A stretch of 48,231 nucleotides of DNA from Trichomonas gallinae (Eukaryota). The DNA lies in contig MRSU01003185.1 of NCBI GenBank assembly GCA_008369845.1, positions 1-48,231 on the forward strand. Reading direction: 5' to 3'. Of this stretch, positions 11,271 through 20,700 are shown in pieces. The number at the start of each line of letters is the position of its first letter. The first letter of the stretch is position 1. Position numbers and translations under genes: made by a program. Below the pieces are notes generated by a model. It worked only from the letters and a program-made list of their open reading frames with translations. It searched no databases and was not told where the DNA came from.

Positions 11271-11670
11271 TTGGCCTTATATTCGCATTCTTTATAGATA
11301 CTATATTTTATTTTTAAATTATTTTGAATTTGAATAATTATGGCCTTTTTATATGATTTTTTAAATGCAAAAAGGCCATAATTATTTTATGAAAACAAAA
11401 AACTTATTTTTGGCCAAATTTTATATTTCAATAGTATAGACAATATATGATCTATATTATTACTTAAAATTCATTTAAAAATGTTGGCCCTTTTATTATT
11501 AAAAATTCCATTTAAAAGGCCATATTTATTTTACGATTTTAAAATTTTGATTTTTGTTTAAATATTATATTTACATTATTAGTCAATCTATTTTAAATAA
11601 TTATTTTTCATTTAATAATGTTGGCCTTTTTATATGAAAAAGTTCATATGAAAAGGCCATAATTATTTTA
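11271..11670. repeat. Three degenerate ~140-bp tandem units, each with a TGGCCTTTT...AAAAGGCCA inverted repeat
   Basis: GGCC pairs at 11342/11374, 11486/11518 and 11623/11655. First unit has perfect 18-bp arms (11333-11350 / 11369-11386). Confidence 0.85.
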
Positions 11671-11778
11671 TAATTTGTGAACCACTTGTGATGTTTATTG
11701 ACTTGTGTATTTAATGGAAATCCAAAATATGACCAATAACGAAAAATAAACTTTTTAAAATATAACAAAATAATAAAA

Positions 11779-14700
11779 TTAATTTGATGAATTGATTAAG
11801 ACATACTTGACTTCGTCAGTTGACTTGACGTATGCGCGAGCAACGACACGTCCATCTTTGATAATTGGGATTTGAACGAAGTTTGATGACATTGGGACGA
11901 AATCAATTCCAACTTTCTTGATATCGGTTGTAAACTTACCTACAAGGTCAATTCCACATAATGGAAGTGATTTGCTGTTGACTCTATTGATATCAATGAA
12001 TGGAATGATATTTATGTTATTTGATTTGATAACATTCTTAACTCTTCCTTCATTAATGAAGTTCTGGCACTTAGTTTGAGTGAAATCAACAGAGTTATCC
12101 TGTTTCTCAGTGATAGACAGCCTCTTCAATGATTCGTCAATCTGTTTGCCGTTCTCATACATATAAGTAGAGATGAACTCTGTGATTTTATCTTTCTCGC
12201 GCGCCATAAGTGGGAACAATTGGCAGCAGAGTGCGCAGTTCTCGAAAACGTGGGCCCTCGCGTTGAATATGTGTGTGTTTCTTGCTGAAATTTCGGAATC
12301 TAGTTTCGGAATTCCGCTCAATATCTGGTCTTTCTTCATCTTCCTCGTTGTCTCTGCGTGTATTTGAGCTGCGGACGATGGATGCCGGAAGAACAGCATG
12401 TCAGCCTTCGTGAACAACCTTGAGTGCAATTCAAGGCCAGGACCAATAACGAAAATGAACAGTCTGAATTCGTTCGAGACGAAGTTTGCGCCGAGATTCT
12501 TTGAAATCGGGCCGAGGATGTCTTCCAAGCTTTCTGTAGATGTGCAGACTGTTATGCAGAGCGTGCCTGTCTGCATAGCTCCTGTGACTGACTTTAATGT
12601 CTTCGATGGAGCAGTAACAGCCATCTTTCTTCCATTTAGATATGATATCAAAGAAGAAATTGCGAATATCGTGTCTGTTGACCTGATGATTATTGGTCTC
12701 GTGTTGCCGCTCATCTTGAAGATTGCATCAACTTGCTGCAGTTGATCGTTGTCGATCTTCTGAGGCAAGTCTGGTGGAAGGCAGGCAGCGAGAACAGGAG
12801 TGACACATTCAGTGACTGTCTGAACGAAGTCGTTCTTTCTGATGCCGTTCAATGTATAAAAGGCGCCTTCAATCATCTTCCACAGAGAAGATGGGAGTGG
12901 ATACTTGTCGAATTTTGCAACAACTTCGCGTGAGGCTTCGAGAATCATCGGGAATTCGCTCCACAAATCCTGGAATTTCTCCTTGTGTGATGCCAAAAGT
13001 GCTTCTTGTTCTGAAATTTCTTTCAGCAAAATCTTCATGTCTGTCTGGACAGTCCTGTTAGTGAAGATTGCGCTTCCTGTGCTAATGAGCAATTCTCTCA
13101 GCTCTGAGCGCTTTTCATGGATGATTTGCATCGAATGGATGATGTTGTTGTCTGTTTTAACAGACTCGTTGTAGTTGTTCGTGTGAGTGAGTTCGAAGGC
13201 TCTCAAAGCGATTTGCTCAGCATTAGTGTTGTTGTCGATGACGAATCTGATCAGCTCGACATCCATACCGAGGCTCTCGATGTGCGGCAGCTCATCAACA
13301 GCGAAGACGACGAAGAAATCTTTAGGAACAGTGAGTGTTTCGTTGTTGTAAACGAAAGTGCTGCCTGTTTGTCTCGCACGGCAGATAACCGGAACGACAA
13401 GGTTTGGATTGTTGAAGTCGAAATCATAGATGACGATGCCGACTTGTGATGAAATGGAGTTAACGAATTCGTCGTCGAATGTCTTCGAGCGAGCAGAAAT
13501 GAATTGAACGCTCTGCCTGCAGATGACTTTCTTGAGATATGTCGTGGAGAGCTGATAGGCGTTTTCTGCAACAACCCATCGGCCATTTTCTGGAGATAGA
13601 ATAGATGTGTTCTCACGCCAATGCCATGAGACAGGCATGTCTGTTCTCGTCCACTTCATGACCATTGGCTCGTCTTCTGTGAGCAAGTCTTTCCTTGTGT
13701 ATCCGTCGAGCTTGATCGTGTTGAAGATTTCGTCACGTTCTGAGTCGCTGAATGGGCCAGCAACATTCATGAAGACCATCTGGAGGAATGAGAGCTTCTC
13801 TGAGCGCATAGCCTCGTTCAAAACAGCTTCGTACTCAGCGTTGCATGTTTCGACGTATTGAGTAATAACACCTTCGATGACTTTGTAATCTTCGATGGCA
13901 TTTCTCTGCTTGGTGAGCTTCGCTTCGATGTTCTCGCGCTGTTTCATGATCTTCTCTCTGTTCTCTGTGAGCTCGAGAGTCTTACGCTTGCATGCGTTGA
14001 GTTTCTCTGCTGCTTCGTTTGACTTCTTTCTCAGTTTTTCGAGATTTTCGTCGAAAATTGCCATCTCTTTCACGCGCTCTTTGTGGTTCCATATTGCCTC
14101 TGCGTAAGGAATGATAGCTCTGATGAATATGGCGATGGCCTTAGCAGCAGACGAAGCACGCTCGATGACAGAAAGCTGGAAGTTTGGATCATTAACAATC
14201 GAGCGCAGTTTGTTGACTGTCGCCGGTGTAATATTTTCGTTGACAGAAGCAGTGAGTTTAACCTTGAATGATGTTTCACCCATGATCTTTCTTCCGAGCG
14301 CCCAGATCTTGTTCTTGCCATCTTCCGTGTTTATGTTCATTCCGGACGTGTCTATGCCGAGAAGCGACGTGACAGCTGGAACAATGATGATGACGCCTTG
14401 TGGCGGATTTGGCATGTTCTTGATGATAGCGATATCTGTTGCCTTGATGTTCTTGATTTCCTGTGTAGCGACTTCGAGGATCTGGTTGGTCTTCGCCAGC
14501 TCTTGGGCCAATTCTCTGCGCATTTTGTCTGCTTTGAGTTCCTCCTGGCGCAGAATTGATGTTTCGCGGTCAGTGTTCGCGATTTCGTCTTCTGTGACTT
14601 TCTGCATCTCTTCGAGTTCTTGCGCTGATCTTTCGAACTCGTTCGTCAGGTTGACAAGCTGCTGTTCCATCTCCTGGCTCTTGCGGATCTCTTCTGAGAT

Positions 14701-17700
14701 GTAATCTGCAAGGCTGTGGCTGAGATCTCTGAGCTTTTCGTAGTTGTCTAAGCGTTCCTTGATCTTCGGGAATCTCTTGTTCTGATAATTAACGAATGCG
14801 GAAACAATGTGCGAAAGGTTTTGCACGGACAAAAGATATGGATAGTTCTGCATAATCGGCAAAGCCTTGAGGGCCTTGAATGTGTCGCTGATCATGTACT
14901 GCTTGATGCCTGTGTCGTAAGGGAATGGTGTCAAGTTGTTCATGACTGACTCCGTGTGTCCATCGATGAAATCGTCGTGAGAGTAGAATGGAGTGTAAAC
15001 TGATGCGTTGCTAACAATCTCAGCATCAGCTTCGATGCTTCCTAGCGGCCTCAAGTGGACAATCGCGAAGTGGAAGTTCATCTCGCAATCGATCAAGAAG
15101 TCAGCAATGATTTCGTTGTAGTTCTTGAGGGTCTCGAGTGAGTTGTCATTGAACGGATCGATGTATTGACCTGTTTGCGAGTAAATATCAGTCATGATCT
15201 GCAACAACTCGCCGCGTGAGAACAAACCGAAAACATTGAATGTCCTCATCAAAGTATTCAGCAATGTCTGATCTGAATCTGAAAGAGTGTTTGCATCGAT
15301 GAACAAAACGTGATGACGCTTCGTCTTACCTGCTTCTAACAATGTGTCGTGGAAGATCTTCATTAATGGAACAAACAGATGCTTTTCGACTAATGTAATG
15401 TGACCAATTGCGCATGCTTCTTTGACCAAATCTTTTCCAAGACTCATCTGTGAAGTAAAGATGTCTAAGTGGTTCTTAGGCATCGACAAAGCTTGAGAAA
15501 CAGTGATGATATCCAATCTGAGGAAAGAGTTGATGCCTCTGAGATTCGACAAGTCTGAGTCTGCGTCGCTGTCGTCTGCCGTGAATCGCAAAATGGAAAT
15601 TCTTCTCGATGTTCTTCTTCTTCCCTTAGATCTCTCATCCTTCTTCCTCATGAGGTCAGCGAAACATGTGACTTCTCTATAGTTGTCTGAGTTGAGATTT
15701 GTCAAAATTGAATTACCAGCGATATCGAAAACATTTGTTGTCAATTCCATGCCTAATGCTTTCGAAATGTTTCTCATCGAGATATTAATCGCCGCCAGAA
15801 TGTTTTGGTCGTGGAATGCATCGTAGAACACTCTCACTGCTTGGTGAGCTAAAACATCGCATAACCTGTCCGCCTCGTGGTTTACCATGATCTTACCGAC
15901 TCTCTGCAAGACGATGAACAAGTGGCTCATCGAGAACTTGAATGAGCTCTTAACAGATTCAAGCATGTCGAGAAGCAAGCCACTGATTTCCGGTCTGTCG
16001 ATTTCCCACAAAACTTTCACTGCCTGATAAACAGCGTGGATTTCAGCAATCTTAGACATCTCAGGTACAGCAATTGCAAATGTGTGAGAAGCCAGTGGCA
16101 TGTTGAGTACATCTGTATTGGAGTACAAGCAGAATGTAAGTCCGCATGTTGGCTCGTTATGTGCGCCGATTTCCGATGGAATTCCTTTGTGCATGAAGAT
16201 GTATCTGACGATTTCCGCTGCAGTGTTTCTTGTCGAGCAGTTGAATCCTAATATAGAAAGAAGAGGAATTCTCAATGCCAATGATTTGACAGCTGACTGA
16301 GCAGATCTTGAGTCTGGCAAAATTGACGCCATCATTCTTCTCAAAGTCTTATGGTTATCTGTTGCTGAGAATGCGTAAGCTTGAGGAGCGAATCTGTCCA
16401 TGATGACCGGCATGTGCTGGATGATGTTTGCAATGACAGACTGGTCGCATCCTGGTGGTGTGCCAATGACAACGTGCTGATTCCTTGAGAGAAGCTGCTG
16501 GGAAAGGAAAGCCAATGGTAAAATAACAGCCGGATCGAATAACAGGTGCTTTGGCTCTCTGTCGACGAGTTTCATTGGGTCACCGATGATTCTAGAGTCG
16601 CTGAGTGATGCCCATGGCTCCCACTTGTCCTTGTCGAAGTTGAAGTAGACCTGACTGATGCTTAAACCGTTCAAGTTGATGTCTTTCTTCATTGCTGCAT
16701 TAGTCAGTTTCTGATCAAGTTTCGCTCTGGCGTCGCCAACGACTCTGCCTGCGAAGCTCCAATACATAGCGAAAATGACAAACTTCGGGATGTGCTCGAT
16801 GAGTTTCTCAGCGGATCTCTTGACTTTAGAGCCCATTGGAACCAAATAGTAGTTGTAAATAATTGATCTCAATGTCTTGAAGAAAGCAGCGAGACTTGAA
16901 AGATTAATATCAATGGAGTTAAGGAAGTGGTTGATGGCATCTTCTGTCACCTTTGTCAACTCTGTAATTTGAATGTGGGAAGACAAAATCGTGTGTGAAA
17001 GTGGTTCGACGATGTTTTTATCATTCTCGATCTTACGCAAGAATCCTTCGATTCTCTTGTTGACTGTCAAGAAATCGTCACCGAGATAGATTGTTGCGCA
17101 TTGAGCCAGTGTTGCTGGTGATGCCCTTGAGATGTCTGATGTCTCGAAAATGAATCTTGTCTGCGGTCTGAGGTTTGTAATTGAACCATCACCGAAATAA
17201 AGTCTTCTCGATGATGTCATTCCGACAGAAAGAGTCTCCATCCAAACAGCATCAGCTGGGCCATCGAAAATGATTGTATCCTTTGTCTGGAGCATCTGAG
17301 AAAGAGCGCCACTCGTTGCATCACCGTACAAATCGTGCAGATCGTAAGCGTAAGGGAAGACATGCATTGGAGTGATTGTCTTGTAGTTGCAGTATTCTTT
17401 AATCAAAGCTGTCTTTCCGGATAATGGTGGGCCGTGAATAATGACGCCGAGATGCTTGCTGAGGGCCTCGTTGAGTGCGTTGAGCTTCTCGTTGAACTTC
17501 TCGTCCTTGTGCATGTTGATCTTCTGGATTTGGATTGAGATGTTTGCACGTTTGCCGAAAACTGCGTTGACGTATTCGATGACATCTTTGACGTCTTCTT
17601 CTCCGAACTTGTCGATCAAGTTTCTCACGATTCTCTCGTGGACTTCGCTGATTGGATCGTTTGTCGTGATTGGTGCCTTTTGGACATGATAAAGAAGGTT

Positions 17701-20700
17701 GACATATGATAACGCTGAGCTGAGAGGCTCGTGGAAGGCCATTGATCCTGTTGTTGCGATTTCTGCCAAAATTTCTGCCAAACCGTTTGCTTCGATTGAC
17801 ATAGCAGCCAAAAGGACGTGGAATCTCTCCTTGATTTCCGATGATGGGACATCTACTGGCCTGAAAGTCAGCTTGAGGATCTCTGGGATGTGGCATGTCT
17901 TATCAGATTCTAATGTGTAAGTGGCGAAAATATGTGTTGGTGCTTTCTCCTTCATGTTCAACAACTCGATGCAGCAATCACTCAAAACGTCAGCCTGCAA
18001 TGAATAGATGTCCTTGAAGGCGACGAAAGCATTGCACTCAGCTGCCTTGCTAACGAACTCGAGCATTCTCTCGATTGTTGTGTGATAATGGCACGGATAA
18101 ATGAAAGGCTGTCGTCCAATAGCATTCAAGAAATTGTTTAAAAACTCTAACTTCTTGTCTGCAGCCCAGCCCGAAACTAATGGGAATGAGCCATTCGACA
18201 AGCAAGCCATCATCTGGACGAAGAACTTTCTCATACCGTGTGTCATGATAACTGGCAAATTGGAGCCAGCATATTCGAAACCGTAAGGAACTGTCGAATT
18301 GCCAACTGTCACGTTTACACTGAAATCGTTCATGTCGACGATTGTGTATTTCGGTGTTGCCAGCCATAATGGATCGAGAGGAGTGATTGTATCCTTCTTC
18401 AAGAGCTCTGCTAAAACATCTCTGTGGTTTATGCAGACGATGATCATGTTCGAAATCTGAACTTGATTTGTCTTCTTGTAGGCAGCCTTAAGAACCTGCA
18501 AATCGTTGCAGATGTTGTCGTAAACCATTCTTAAGTTTGTCTTGAGTTTTGTGCTTGCGTTCTCTGTGAATTTGCCTTCGAATTCCATGATGCATTTGTT
18601 GACGTTTGTTGTGAAATTCAAGTTGAAAACCAATGTCAAAAGCTGGGATGGATATGTTACAGCCATCTTCTCGATGTTTGAAATTGGAGACTGGATGATC
18701 TTCCTTCCGAGTGTCTTGAGAGTGTAAGTGATCTGCTGGTCAAAAGCAATGAACCAGCCTTCAATGCATTCAGGAGTGATGCGAACTTTCTGGATGAATT
18801 CGAAATATTCGCCTCCCTGAGACATGAAGCCCAAGCAGTAAGTGTTGCTCTCAAAGACAGCGCAGTTGATTGAGGGATACATCAAAGAGAAGATGCCTGG
18901 GATCTTAGAAGGATGCTCGCCATTTGAAATGACAGTGATTAACTGCGAATCGCTGAGCAATCTGAATCTCGGGAACGCTTTTCTCTTCAACTCCAAAACT
19001 TCTTGTAACTGTTCCTTGACTTTGATCAAATCTGTTGTGATAGCATTGCATTCATCCGCTGTTGCTTGATTGGACAAAATCATGTGGAATGTCGCAGAAA
19101 GTTTGAAGTTTGTCGCGAAATTCTTGAAGGCGTCGACTTTGTCTTCGAATGTCGTCGTCATCTTGTTGTGCTGGGTCTTCAAGTCTGTTGATTCCATGGC
19201 AGGCTTAAGCTCGTTGATTCTCTCCTCTGTTTCAAGGCTCTGTTTAAGGACTTGGCGGATGTTTGCTGACAAAATTTCGTAGTCTTTAACTTTGGAGATG
19301 AATGGCTGAATATAAGGTGGCACGAAGATCTCCTGCATGATCTGCTGGTGCTTAGCCAACAGAATAAGTGCAGTTGCTGGGTCGTCGAGATGAACTCCCT
19401 GCTCAGTTTGCGTGACTTTGAATCTGAGCTTCGACAAATCTTCGCACATCTTTGTGATCGCGATTTCGATCTTCGCTTCGTTTGTTGCTGCCTTAGAAAT
19501 TGCTGAGATTGGGATGATATGCGCTTCAACGCCATATTCTATCAGCCAGTTCCATGTGTAGTCGTCGTTTGGACCGATTTGGAAGTCTGCGATTTCTGAA
19601 ATTTGCTTCCAGTGTCTCTGCCTGTAGTTCGGGTTGCAGATGTATCTGATGATTGGAAGATGCATAAGCATGTACTGAACACGTGTCTGCAACTCGCTGT
19701 ATGGCTCTTCAAGAGGATGCTTGCCATCGACAAGGAATTTTTTGTGTCTTTCTGTCTTGGAAACATCGATAATATCTTGCTGAAGCTTCTTGACTGTGTT
19801 GTCCCATTCTACGACAGTGTTCGTGATCATTTCCACATCTAGCTGCTTGAAAATTGTGCCGAGCCAGTCCTGTGCTGTTGTATCGAGTGCGACAGAAATT
19901 GTCCAGGCAGGCAATAACATTTCGATGTCTGTTTGGATGTTCGTCAACATTGGATAATCCGTCTGCTCCAAGTCGAGCTTGTGATCTCTGCTCTGGTAAA
20001 GCGAGCATGTCGAGATAATCCTGTTGAGGCGCTCCTTGTCTTCGAGAAGCTGTTGGTGTGTTCTTTCTGCTTCCTTGTTGACATCTTTGGTGACGTAAAG
20101 CAGCAAATCTTCTTGGAAGTCGCTGATGTCTACCGTGAGTTTTTCGATGTCCTTCTTGTGCTGCTCGATGAATCTCTTCTTCTCTTCGATGTCCTTCTTA
20201 TTCAAGTCGTCGATCATCAAGATAATCTTGTGTAAATCAGATTTGATCTTATATGTAGCTGCGAAACTTTGTTCTGGCTCGAACAAAAATTCACCCATGA
20301 AGTCCATCATAACTAAGAGATAATCTAGTGTTGCCTGAATTTCGCTGACGTGGCTCATGATGTGGATGAGGATGATGTGCTTGTCATACCATTCTTCGAC
20401 TGTCTTTGGTGCAGCTGTTGTCTTGAAAATCAGTGAAGAAATCATTCCACCAATTGTATCGACTTGTTTATCTGTCTGTGCGTTCATGTATTTGAATATT
20501 CTGTCGTAGAACTCGTTTGTCTTGGCTTTGATCATATCGAAGAATCTCGTGAAATCGACGTAAAGTGCTCCAAAAGATTTTAATGGTTTGAATTTGATTG
20601 TGAACTCTTTGTGTGCTTTCAAAGCAGCTGACAATTTTTCGCGGATGACATTAAGATTGATTTCGCGTGAGTCGACTGTTGGAACAGCTCCTTTCAAGTG

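Noticed and set aside
11333..11670. CRISPR-like array of palindromic repeats
   Set aside because: Eukaryotic context, degenerate repeats, spacers homologous to each other, no cas genes.
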